A stretch of 64,000 bases of DNA, taken from assembly GCA_945788575.1 (NCBI GenBank), contig CALZMR010000001.1:1181-65180 (forward strand). The letters are read 5' to 3'. This DNA comes from an uncultured Woeseiaceae bacterium (lineage in GTDB: Bacteria; Pseudomonadota; Gammaproteobacteria; Steroidobacterales; Woeseiaceae). Position numbers and translations under genes: made by a program. Shown here in pieces: positions 31,548 through 39,949 of this stretch. Positions within the stretch are counted from its first letter, which is position 1, and each line of letters starts with the position of its first letter. The notes under the pieces were generated by a model that was not told where the DNA came from, made no database searches, and was given only the letters and a program-made list of their open reading frames with translations.

Positions 31548-31682
31548 ATGAAACGTACGTATCAGCCAAGTACACTGAAGCGCGCCCGCACGCACGGTTT
31601 CCGTGCCCGCATGGCTACCAAAGCCGGCCGCCTCGTACTCAAGCGCCGCCGCGCCAAAGGCCGCGCTAAGCTCACGCCGTAA
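31548..31682 (+). CDS. rpmH: 50S ribosomal protein L34
   Basis: 44 aa: [44 protein letters not shown]. Confidence 0.97.
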   Translation: MKRTYQPSTLKRARTHGFRARMATKAGRLVLKRRRAKGRAKLTP

Positions 31683-31719
31683 TTTTAGACGGCGGCTTCC
31701 TCCGCTTCCCCTGAACACC

Positions 31720-32097
31720 TTGGTACCGAGCGTCTTCAACCGGTTCGGGAAACGTAGCCGCCTGCTCGACGCGAACGCATTCTCGCGCGTCTTCGACAAA
31801 GCGACCCGCAGCCGCGACAACTGGTTTACGGTGCTCTGCCGGCGAAACGACCTCGACGTCGCCAGGCTCGGCCTCGCGATATCGAAGAAGCACAGTCGAA
31901 AGGCCACGGAGAGAAACCGGATCAAGCGTGTGGTCCGTGAGTCGTTCCGGCATCATCAGGATCAGCTCACGGGACTCGACATCGTCGTTATGAACAAGAG
32001 TCAGACAGACGGTGCCACCAACGACGCGTTGTTTGATAGTCTCTCGGGCCACTGGTCGCGCTGCGCTCGGGCCGCCAGCAACGGACAAGACGCATAA
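31720..32097 (+). CDS. rnpA: ribonuclease P protein component; start codon uncertain (TTG 31720 chosen)
   Basis: [42 protein letters not shown] (the RNR motif). There is no in-frame ATG after the rpmH stop. Confidence 0.8.
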   Translation: MVPSVFNRFGKRSRLLDANAFSRVFDKATRSRDNWFTVLCRRNDLDVARLGLAISKKHSRKATERNRIKRVVRESFRHHQDQLTGLDIVVMNKSQTDGATNDALFDSLSGHWSRCARAASNGQDA

Positions 32098-32099
32098 GC

Positions 32100-33821
32100 A
32101 TGGACAATCAACGACTCATCATCTGGGGCCTCTTCGGCATCATGGCCTACTGGACCTGGCAGGCCTGGCAGCAGTACTACGCGCCGCCGCCAGCGGACCC
32201 CGAGATCGTTGAGACCGCCCCTCTTGACGAAATCGTCGACGGGCTGCCGGGCATCGGTGAGACGGCAACCGAAAGTGAAGGCGGCGACGCGCTTCCGTCG
32301 GTGGAAGGTTCGTCCAGCCCCGAGGCCATCGAACAGGCGGCTGACACCGAAGCGGAGACGATCGTCGTTACGACCGACGTCTTCCGCATCGAGATAAGCA
32401 CCCGCGGCGGCACTCTGATCGCTGCGACGATGCTGAATTATCCGCAAGACAAGGACGACCCGGATACGCTCGTACAGCTAATGTCGACCGATTCGGACGA
32501 CCTCGGGCGGATCAACAGCTTTCTACGAGCGGTGGGCGATCGCGAAGCACCGGACCACACGACGATCTGGCAGACCGGTCGAACCGACTATGATCTCGGC
32601 AATGACGATGAGCTGGTCGTTTCGCTTCAGTGGGCCGGTGAAGACGGCACATCCGTCGAGAAACGCTTCATCTTCACGCGCGGCAGCTATGCCATCCGGC
32701 TCGAGCACGTCCTTACCAACAATGCCGATACCGCGTGGGGCGGTGATCAGGTCACGCAGATTCAGCGGCGCTCCTATGAGCAAGAGCGGTCGATGTTCGA
32801 TGTCGATTCCTACTCATTCGACGGAGCACAGATATTCGACGGCGAGGGCGCCGACAAACTCAAGCGCGGCGACCTGATCGACGACGGTCCGTTCGAGGTG
32901 ACGTCGGACGCCGGTTGGTACGCGTCGATTGAACATCATTTCCTGAGCGCGATCGTTCCGGAGCAGGGTGTCCGAAATCGGTATCACATTCGAGTGAGCG
33001 ACAGTCTGCTCACCGCCAGCGTCCTCGAGGCAAAATCGGCAGCTCCCGGTGAGACCATCGTCTTTGAACGAACTCTGTTCATAGGGCCCAAGCTCCAGGA
33101 GCAGCTCAACGAGATTCATCCGAAACTCAAATTGACTGTCGACTACGGGTTTCTGACGCTGCTGTCACAGCCGATGTTCTGGCTGCTGTCATGGATCTAT
33201 TCGTTCGTCGGCAACTGGGGCCTCGCGATCATCGGAACGACGATCGTCATCAAACTTGTCTTCTACAAGTTGACCGAGTCGAGCGGCCGGTCGATGGCCA
33301 AGATGCGCGAGATTCAGCCGCGCATGAAAGCGTTGCAGGACCGTTACAAGGACGATCGCCAGGCGCTGTCGCAGGCGATGATGGATCTCTACAAGCGCGA
33401 GAAAGTGAATCCGGCGGCAGGCTGTTTGCCGATCCTGATACAGATGCCTTTCTTCCTCGCTTTCTATTGGGTGCTGGTCGAATCCGTCGAGATGCGCCAG
33501 GCGCCGTTCGCGCTGTGGCTCACCGATCTGTCGTCGCGCGATCCGTTCTTCATCCTGCCCCTGATCATGGGCGCGGCGATGCTGTTCCAGCAAAAGCTCA
33601 ATCCGGCGCCGGCGGATCCGGTGCAGGCGCGGGTCATGCAGATCATGCCGATCATGTTCACGGCAATGTTCGCGTTCTTCCCGTCAGGGCTGGTGCTCTA
33701 CTGGGTCACGAACACGCTTCTGTCGATTGCGCAGCAGTGGAAGATCAATAAGGTGGTCCACGCAGAGACAACCGCCAAGAAGCAGGGCAAGAAGAAGAAG
33801 CCAAAGGCCAAAGACGAGTAG
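32100..33821 (+). CDS. yidC: membrane protein insertase YidC
   Basis: 573 aa with an N-terminal TM, a large periplasmic domain, a conserved C-terminal core (NWGLAIIGTTIVIKLVFYKLT, GCLPILIQMPFFLAFYWVL) and a Lys-rich tail. Confidence 0.96.
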   Translation: MDNQRLIIWGLFGIMAYWTWQAWQQYYAPPPADPEIVETAPLDEIVDGLPGIGETATESEGGDALPSVEGSSSPEAIEQAADTEAETIVVTTDVFRIEISTRGGTLIAATMLNYPQDKDDPDTLVQLMSTDSDDLGRINSFLRAVGDREAPDHTTIWQTGRTDYDLGNDDELVVSLQWAGEDGTSVEKRFIFTRGSYAIRLEHVLTNNADTAWGGDQVTQIQRRSYEQERSMFDVDSYSFDGAQIFDGEGADKLKRGDLIDDGPFEVTSDAGWYASIEHHFLSAIVPEQGVRNRYHIRVSDSLLTASVLEAKSAAPGETIVFERTLFIGPKLQEQLNEIHPKLKLTVDYGFLTLLSQPMFWLLSWIYSFVGNWGLAIIGTTIVIKLVFYKLTESSGRSMAKMREIQPRMKALQDRYKDDRQALSQAMMDLYKREKVNPAAGCLPILIQMPFFLAFYWVLVESVEMRQAPFALWLTDLSSRDPFFILPLIMGAAMLFQQKLNPAPADPVQARVMQIMPIMFTAMFAFFPSGLVLYWVTNTLLSIAQQWKINKVVHAETTAKKQGKKKKPKAKDE

Positions 33822-33983
33822 GCTCGCCGGCAGCAGCGATTCGAGCGTTGCCAGCAACGGCGTGTAGATGTTCATCTTGCGTACTCCGTACCGATAACCG
33901 TGAGTCCGTTATCGACGAGCGCTCGAGCGCACGCCGGAGGATGGGCTGATCTCCGCAAGATCATTTGCTGATTTCCTTACAAA

Positions 33984-34880
33984 TCAGTTAGTTATTGCGC
34001 TTCTATACAGACAAGCCCGGAATTGATTGAAGGCCTCGCCGCCGTTGGACACAGCAATCTGACCTTCCTGGCTGCTCGAAACTCCGTTGCGCAGCCAGCT
34101 GAATCGTACGGACACTATCGAGTCCGCCTTCAGAACCTGAGCCAACTCGACGCCCTGTTCACCGCGAAGCTCGTAAACAGTATCGGCCGTCTCAGCCGGA
34201 GTGTGCTCCAGCAAATACACACGGCCGTCAACAGTCAGCCGCGCCTCGGTTTCATCGGCGATTCGGCCGATTCCCTGGTGGTAGCTAAGCCGGACGACGT
34301 TGAACCACGGCTGCTGGCGCGGGTCATCGGGATTCGTCGCGGCCAGGTTACGCGAATGACGGTGCTGGATCTGAAGCGACGATGTGCGAGACGCCACGAC
34401 GACCAGAGAGAACGACGTTCCGAGGGAACAAAGGCCGTTCTGATCCGAATACCGCCAAATGCCGCCCAGGTCCGACAACAGGCCCGCCTCATAGTCACGG
34501 AACATCTGCAGCAACCAATCAATGCTCCGGGCGCGCGTGTGGACAGGAATAAACCGGCTGCAGTGTCCTATCGAATTGTCCTCGCCGAGAAAGAACAGGT
34601 ATTCGATGTTCGTTCGAAGTCTCGCTCGACAATGCGGATAACGGTTGTCGATCCGCAGCGAGTCGAATTGCGGCTCGCCTTTGAAGACCTCGGTGATGGC
34701 GATCGCCGCCGGGAGATAGTCAGCATCGCCGCGTTCGATGCTCAGCACCGTGGCCGTGAAGACGATGGGAGCGGCGTCGTAGATGACGTCCATAGTGGAA
34801 ACGCCGCATGAGCAGGCCAGCGCCGACTCGACGGGGGCCGAAAGCAGGGCGAGTAACAGGGCAATCCGATAACGAAGCAT
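33984..34880 (-). CDS. secreted protein with a TIMP/NTR-like N-terminal module (mature N-terminus CSC) and an unknown C-terminal domain
   Basis: 298 aa from ATG 34880 (RBS GGGAGA). The signal peptide ends ...SALA, followed by CSCGVSTMDVIYDAAPIVFTATVLSI...EVFKGE...HCRARLRTNIEYLFFLG. Confidence 0.55.
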   Translation of the reverse strand: MLRYRIALLLALLSAPVESALACSCGVSTMDVIYDAAPIVFTATVLSIERGDADYLPAAIAITEVFKGEPQFDSLRIDNRYPHCRARLRTNIEYLFFLGEDNSIGHCSRFIPVHTRARSIDWLLQMFRDYEAGLLSDLGGIWRYSDQNGLCSLGTSFSLVVVASRTSSLQIQHRHSRNLAATNPDDPRQQPWFNVVRLSYHQGIGRIADETEARLTVDGRVYLLEHTPAETADTVYELRGEQGVELAQVLKADSIVSVRFSWLRNGVSSSQEGQIAVSNGGEAFNQFRACLYRSAITN

Positions 34881-34942
34881 TTCAGTCTCCCGATAATGCT
34901 TCCCGCCACGATCATTCTGCCATACCTGGCGCCGACCGTGGT

Positions 34943-36160
34943 TCAGCTGTCGGCTAGCGCGGTCCGGACCTTCGCCTCGCTGTGCAGCGTGCGATGCACC
35001 GGACAGCGGTCGGCGATCTCCAGCATTCGCTGGCGCTGCTCGTCCGTCAGGTCGCCGTCGAGCTCGAGCACACGCTGGAACTCGTCGATCTTGCCGTCCT
35101 TCGTTTCGCAATCGACGCAGTCCTCGGCGTGTACCTTGCCGTGACGGACCCGCACGGTCGCGGATCGAAGGCCGATCTTCTTGAAGTTGGCGTACATCCT
35201 GAGCGTCATCGTCGTGCACGAAGCGAGAGCGGCTGAAAGCAGGTCGTAGGGGCTCGGCCCGAGATCGGATCCGCCGACACTGCCCGGTTCGTCCGCAACC
35301 AGCGCGTGGTTTCCGGACTGAACTTCTGTCCGGAAGCCATCGACGAAGGTACGGGCAACAACCTCGTCTGCGGCCGCGACGAGCGCCGGAGGCGCTTCGG
35401 CTTCAGGAAGGAAATGCCCGGCCCATGCCGCAAGCACCTGGCCCGCGTAACGCGCCTCCGATTCGCGACTCAGCAGATGGTCCGCCTTGTCGAGGCTGAC
35501 GAAACTCTTCGGGTGTTTCGCGGCTGCAAACAGCGCACTCGCGTTGTCGATCTCGACGATGTCATCAAGCGGCGCGTGCATGACGAGCAGCGCCTTCCTG
35601 AGCGAGCCGATCGACGAGGGAAGGTCGTGCCTCTGGAGGTCCTCCAGGAATTGCTGCTTGACGCGAAACGGCCGGCCGCCGAGGCGCACTTCGGCTTGTC
35701 CCTTCTCAGCGAGCGTCTCCTCGTGGTCACTGAACATGTGTGCTACGTGAGTCGGATCTGCCGGCGAGCCGATCGTCGCGACAGCAACGGCGCTCGGGAT
35801 TTCTGGCGCTGCCTGCAGAATGGCGGTGCCACCCAGCGAGTGGCCAAGCAGAATCTTCGGCGCTTCGTGATGTTCGTCGAGGAAGCGGCAGGCGGATATC
35901 AGGTCGCGAACGTTCGACGAGAAATTGGTATCGGCAAACTCGCCCTCGCTTTGGCCGAGCCCGGTGAAATCGAAGCGCAGAACGGCAATGCCGGCCTCGG
36001 TCAGCGAGCGCGTGATGTGGGTTGCGGCCTTGAGATTCTTCGAGCACGTGAAGCAGTGCGCGAACAAGGCATAGGCTCGCGGCTCGGTAGACGGGGTATC
36101 GAGAATTCCCGACAGGGTATGACCATCCTCGTTCAGGAATTCGACGCGTTGATTCTGCAT
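34943..36160 (-). CDS. bifunctional alpha/beta hydrolase - OsmC/Ohr family fusion protein
   Basis: 405 aa. The N-terminal hydrolase has GHSLGG. The C-terminal ~140 aa are OsmC-like (GPSPYDLLSAALASCTTMTL ... ADRCPVHRTL). Confidence 0.8.
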   Translation of the reverse strand: MQNQRVEFLNEDGHTLSGILDTPSTEPRAYALFAHCFTCSKNLKAATHITRSLTEAGIAVLRFDFTGLGQSEGEFADTNFSSNVRDLISACRFLDEHHEAPKILLGHSLGGTAILQAAPEIPSAVAVATIGSPADPTHVAHMFSDHEETLAEKGQAEVRLGGRPFRVKQQFLEDLQRHDLPSSIGSLRKALLVMHAPLDDIVEIDNASALFAAAKHPKSFVSLDKADHLLSRESEARYAGQVLAAWAGHFLPEAEAPPALVAAADEVVARTFVDGFRTEVQSGNHALVADEPGSVGGSDLGPSPYDLLSAALASCTTMTLRMYANFKKIGLRSATVRVRHGKVHAEDCVDCETKDGKIDEFQRVLELDGDLTDEQRQRMLEIADRCPVHRTLHSEAKVRTALADS

Positions 36161-36190
36161 GGCGGCTCCGGCTGTGTTTCCATTGGCAGT

Positions 36191-37516
36191 ATGACCGGGT
36201 CAACCGACACAATTGTTTCAGTCGCGACGCCACCCGGTCGAGGCGGCGTCGGGATCGTGCGTGTGTCGGGCGGTCTCGCCGGGTCAATCGCCCGGACGAT
36301 GACCGGCAGTCTACCGGAGCCGCGGCACGCGACGCTTTCGACCTTCCGCGGCGCGGACGGTCAGCCGATCGACCAGGGGCTTGCCCTCTACTTCCCGGGA
36401 CCCGAGTCCTTTACCGGTGAGGACGTGCTGGAGTTGCATGGTCATGGCGGGCCGGTGATTCTGGGTCTGTTGGTAGACAGGGCCACGGAGCTTGGGGCAC
36501 GCCGGGCGGAGCCGGGCGAATTCTCCAGGCGCGCATTCCTGAATGACAAGCTGGATCTGGCTCAAGCCGAGGCCATCGCCGATCTGATCGCGAGCGGCAC
36601 GGCGCAGGCCGCTCGCGCCGCCGTGCGTTCCCTGAACGGCGCGTTCTCCGAGGCCGTGCATCGTCTCGTGGACAAATTGACGGAGGTCCGCGTCTACGTC
36701 GAAGCCGCGATCGACTTTCCCGAAGAGGAGGTCGACTTTCTCTCGGACGAGGCCCTCAGCGAACGCCTGGACGACTGCGGTCAGGCGTTCGCGGATTTGC
36801 TCGCGAACGCCAGCGTCGGCCGGGTGCTGCGCGACGGCTACCAGATTGTCCTGGTGGGGCAGCCCAATGCGGGCAAGTCGAGCCTCATGAACCGGCTCAG
36901 CGGCGAGGACACGGCGATCGTGACTGAAATCGCCGGCACCACCCGCGACATTCTGCGCGAGCGGATCGATATCGACGGCCTCGCCGTCGAGCTCGTGGAT
37001 ACGGCCGGTCTGCGAGAAGACCCCGGCGTCATCGAGATGGAGGGCATTCGCAGAGCGCGTGAGGCAATGGCCAATGCAGACGCGGTGCTTTGGGTTCAGG
37101 ACGCAAGCGAGATCGAATCCGGGATACCGCAATTGCCGGAAGGTATCCCTGTGCTTATCGCGCGTAACAAGATCGACGTGGCGGAGTCCCGCGACAACTT
37201 CGACGACCATACCATCGAGATTTCGGCGAAGACCGGCGAGGGCATCGGCGAGCTGCGTGAACGCATTCGCCGCCTGGCCGGATATCGCGACCTGGGCGAA
37301 GGGGCGTATACGGCCCGGCAACGACACGTTGATGCGATCGATCGAGCGGCGCGCCGTTTTGCGACCGGACGAGCGGCGCTAACGGAGTCCCGCGCGGGCG
37401 AGCTGCTGGCCGAAGAGCTTCGCTTGTCACAGCAGGCACTGGGAGAGATCACGGGCGAAGTAAGTTCCGACGATCTGCTGGGGGAGATTTTCTCTTCATT
37501 CTGCATCGGGAAATAG
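36191..37516 (+). CDS. mnmE: tRNA modification GTPase MnmE (TrmE)
   Basis: 441 aa from ATG 36191 (DTIVSVATPPGRGGVGIVRVSG, GQPNAGKSSLMN, DTAGLRE, C-terminal FCIGK). Confidence 0.96.
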   Translation: MTGSTDTIVSVATPPGRGGVGIVRVSGGLAGSIARTMTGSLPEPRHATLSTFRGADGQPIDQGLALYFPGPESFTGEDVLELHGHGGPVILGLLVDRATELGARRAEPGEFSRRAFLNDKLDLAQAEAIADLIASGTAQAARAAVRSLNGAFSEAVHRLVDKLTEVRVYVEAAIDFPEEEVDFLSDEALSERLDDCGQAFADLLANASVGRVLRDGYQIVLVGQPNAGKSSLMNRLSGEDTAIVTEIAGTTRDILRERIDIDGLAVELVDTAGLREDPGVIEMEGIRRAREAMANADAVLWVQDASEIESGIPQLPEGIPVLIARNKIDVAESRDNFDDHTIEISAKTGEGIGELRERIRRLAGYRDLGEGAYTARQRHVDAIDRAARRFATGRAALTESRAGELLAEELRLSQQALGEITGEVSSDDLLGEIFSSFCIGK

Positions 37517-37755
37517 GAAGGCCTCGTTTCGACGCCCAGGAAACTTCCTACTTGATCGGAGCTTTCCCGGGAGCACCGCTGCGCAGCGAAGTGAACGCGA
37601 TAATCGTCGAAGCGCCGTATCTTTAGCGACCGGACAAGAGTCGTAGCCAACGACACAGTTCACAGTCGAACGGGTGCGAGACTGTCATCCTCCGCAAAAC
37701 CTCAGCAGAGCATCAGGCGGTCCTGGCCGTCGTCATACATTATCAATCCACACGC

Positions 37756-37793
37756 AGGTCTTCGCAGGTCTTGAATCGGCGGCGCGAAGACCT
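37756..37793. repeat. perfect 10-bp inverted repeat (aggtcttcgc ... gcgaagacct) with an 18-nt loop in the long mnmE-downstream spacer
   Basis: Read directly from the sequence. The loop contains a third partial copy (aggtcttg). Confidence 0.7.
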
Positions 37794-37976
37794 ATGTGAA
37801 CTCTGGCTGCGACAGCGATCGAACAGTGCGAGTGGAGTTATCGCGGGCCGCAGGATGTTGCTGGTCCAAACGATATCGGCTCCACTACTTTCGCTGGCGC
37901 ATTCATCTTCGGTTCATGCAGCAAGTGCATCCTTCGCAAACCCATGAAGTTTGGGCAAAACCCACGGGAGATCATT

Positions 37977-38549
37977 ATGTTACGTTCACTTGGTTTGATT
38001 TCACTACTGGCGCTGGCAGCGCCGGCTATGGCTGACGGACTCAGCTACAACTACCTCGAGGCAGGCTATCTGGAGGTTGACGTCGACGACTCGTTCATCG
38101 ATGTCGACGGAGACGGCTTCAGCATCGGTGGCTCGTTCGAAGTTGGCGACTCCACGTATGTCTTCGCTGACTACGCGTCGGCCGACCTCGATCTTGGCGT
38201 CGACCTCGACCAGCTTCGCGTCGGTGTGGGGCTGCACGGACCCATCGGCGACAATGTCGACCTTTTCGGCACGCTGTCATACATCTCCGTGGAAGCGAGC
38301 GCGCTTGGAATCTCCGTAGACGATGATGGCTTCGGAGCATCGGTAGGTGTCCGTGCGCTGATCAGTGACGCACTGGAACTGTCCGCCAGCCTCAACTACG
38401 ACGACCTCAGCGACTCCGGCGACGATACGACGGTCGGAGGCGCAGCGTGGTTCAACTTGAGTGATAACTTCGCCCTCGGCGTGCAGGCCGATTTCGGCGA
38501 TGACATCAGCACTTACGGTGTTGGTGCGAGAGTCTACTTCGGTAACTAG
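37977..38549 (+). CDS. small outer-membrane beta-barrel protein, Ax21-family-like
   Basis: 190 aa from ATG 37977 with a signal peptide ending AMA. LSYNYLEAGY, DQLRVGVGLH and GFGASVGVRAL show the alternating beta-strand pattern. The C-terminus is GVGARVYFGN. Confidence 0.6.
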   Translation: MLRSLGLISLLALAAPAMADGLSYNYLEAGYLEVDVDDSFIDVDGDGFSIGGSFEVGDSTYVFADYASADLDLGVDLDQLRVGVGLHGPIGDNVDLFGTLSYISVEASALGISVDDDGFGASVGVRALISDALELSASLNYDDLSDSGDDTTVGGAAWFNLSDNFALGVQADFGDDISTYGVGARVYFGN

Positions 38550-39949
38550 TCGCCAATCGCAAAAGACGGCTCCGTGATCGAGTGTTCGGTCACGGGGCCG
38601 TATTTTTGAACTGACTCACGGATTTGCTCGGCATCGCCCAGCAGCACGAAGACCAGGTCGCCTTCTTTCGGATAGACCGCGTCGATCACCGCAGCCACGG
38701 ACTCGGGCGTGACCGCGGAAATGGCGTCACCGTAACCGTCGATGTAATCGCTGCCGAGTCCGTAGAACTCGAGCTGCGCAAACTGATCGGCAAGCTGCGA
38801 GGCCGTCTCCAGGTTGTCCGGGAACTGTCCCAGAATATAGTTGCGGGCAGACCGCACCATTTCCTCTCCGATGCCTTCGGCATGCAGCGTCGCGAGCACA
38901 CCCAGCGCCATGTCGATGGCCTCGACGGTCGTCGACGTCTCCGTATACGAGCTGATGCCGACCGACCCAGGCTGCAGGTTTCTCGACAATCGCGAACCTG
39001 CGCCATAGGTCAGGCCCGACTCTACGCGTAACGCTGTATTCAACATCGACGTAAATCGCCCGCCGAAAACCGTATTAGCGAGATTGAGATCCGCACGCTG
39101 CGGGAAGCTTCGCGCGACACCGAGGTTGCCGATCCAAAAGTACGTTTGCGTGGCGCCCGGTTTGTCGATCAGCAAGACCCGCGTCCCCTCTTGCGGCTCC
39201 GCGGCAGCGACCGTTGGCAGCTCGCCTGTCGCCTGCCGCCACTCGCCGAATGCTGCTTCGAGGCTCACGCGCATTCCGGCGGGATCAAAGTCGCCGGAGA
39301 CGGCAACGATCATCCGGTCCGCTCCGATATGTTGCTCGTAGTAGTCGAGCACGTCGGAATGCTCGATCGCCTCGAGCGACGATTCGCTGCCGTTGATGGA
39401 GGACGCGTACGGATGATCGCCGAACAGAAACGCCTCGGCGTAGATCGGCATCAACTGACCCGGGTCCGAGTCCTTGGCCGCCAGAATGAAATTAGCCTGT
39501 CGTCCGCGAAGTCGCTCGAACTCGGCGGCGTCGAGCGTCGGCCGGATGAGCATGTCTGCGACGAGCTCGACCATCAGATCCGCGTCGCGGCTCAGGAAAT
39601 TTCCCCAGACATTGATGCTCTCCTGATTCGCACGGGCCGACAGCCGGCCGCCAACCGCGGCGACGGCTTCGGCGAACTCGGCGGAATCGCGGTCACCGGC
39701 GCCTTTCTCCAACAGCGAAGCCAGCAGGCTCGATACGCCTTCCTTGCCGTCGGGGTCTGCAAGCGCGCCGCCGCGCAGCAGGATGTCCACCGCGATCAGG
39801 GGCACGTCATCCTTCTCGTTGAGTATCAGCACGACGCCGTTGTCGAGGACGATTCGCTCCGAGGCGGGCAGGGTCACGCCCTGCGCCTGGGCAGCGGTGG
39901 CGGCCAGGCCGCAGAAGAGCAGAACGATAGTCGTCAGCAGGCGCCTCAT
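38546..39949 (-). CDS. M16 family peptidase, non-catalytic (no HxxEH) partner subunit, secreted
   Basis: 467 aa with a signal peptide and the insulinase two-domain pattern. The zinc motif position reads SSLLASLLEKG. Confidence 0.8.
   Translation of the reverse strand: MRRLLTTIVLLFCGLAATAAQAQGVTLPASERIVLDNGVVLILNEKDDVPLIAVDILLRGGALADPDGKEGVSSLLASLLEKGAGDRDSAEFAEAVAAVGGRLSARANQESINVWGNFLSRDADLMVELVADMLIRPTLDAAEFERLRGRQANFILAAKDSDPGQLMPIYAEAFLFGDHPYASSINGSESSLEAIEHSDVLDYYEQHIGADRMIVAVSGDFDPAGMRVSLEAAFGEWRQATGELPTVAAAEPQEGTRVLLIDKPGATQTYFWIGNLGVARSFPQRADLNLANTVFGGRFTSMLNTALRVESGLTYGAGSRLSRNLQPGSVGISSYTETSTTVEAIDMALGVLATLHAEGIGEEMVRSARNYILGQFPDNLETASQLADQFAQLEFYGLGSDYIDGYGDAISAVTPESVAAVIDAVYPKEGDLVFVLLGDAEQIRESVQKYGPVTEHSITEPSFAIGD

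Noticed and set aside
29997-31925. A 642-aa ORF extends dnaA 193 codons upstream, across rpmH and rnpA on the opposite strand.
   Set aside because: DnaA homology starts at the ATG at 31346. The extension is Arg-rich low-complexity sequence typical of out-of-frame or antisense reading in high-GC DNA, and it overlaps bona fide rpmH.
31683-32100. A yidD (membrane protein insertion efficiency factor) gene was expected between rnpA and yidC.
   Set aside because: No frame in this interval encodes the YidD Cys/Pro motif. rnpA ends 2 nt before the yidC ATG, so the gene is absent here and no feature was called.
33684-33875. A hydrophobic 63-aa ORF (MNIYTPLLATLESLLPASLLVFGLWLLLLALLLGG...) could be a small membrane toxin or peptide.
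   Set aside because: It is almost entirely antisense to the yidC Lys-rich tail (AAG/AAA codons read as Leu/Phe). The hydrophobicity is a mirror artefact, and it has no RBS.
35306-36190. The mnmE ORF has a 295-codon N-terminal extension.
   Set aside because: It lies antisense to the well-supported alpha/beta-hydrolase-OsmC gene. MnmE homology begins at ATG 36191.
37733-37755. ttatcaatccaca in the mnmE-downstream spacer was considered as a DnaA box.
   Set aside because: It matches TTATCCACA only if an insertion is allowed. It is isolated and has no adjacent AT-rich region.
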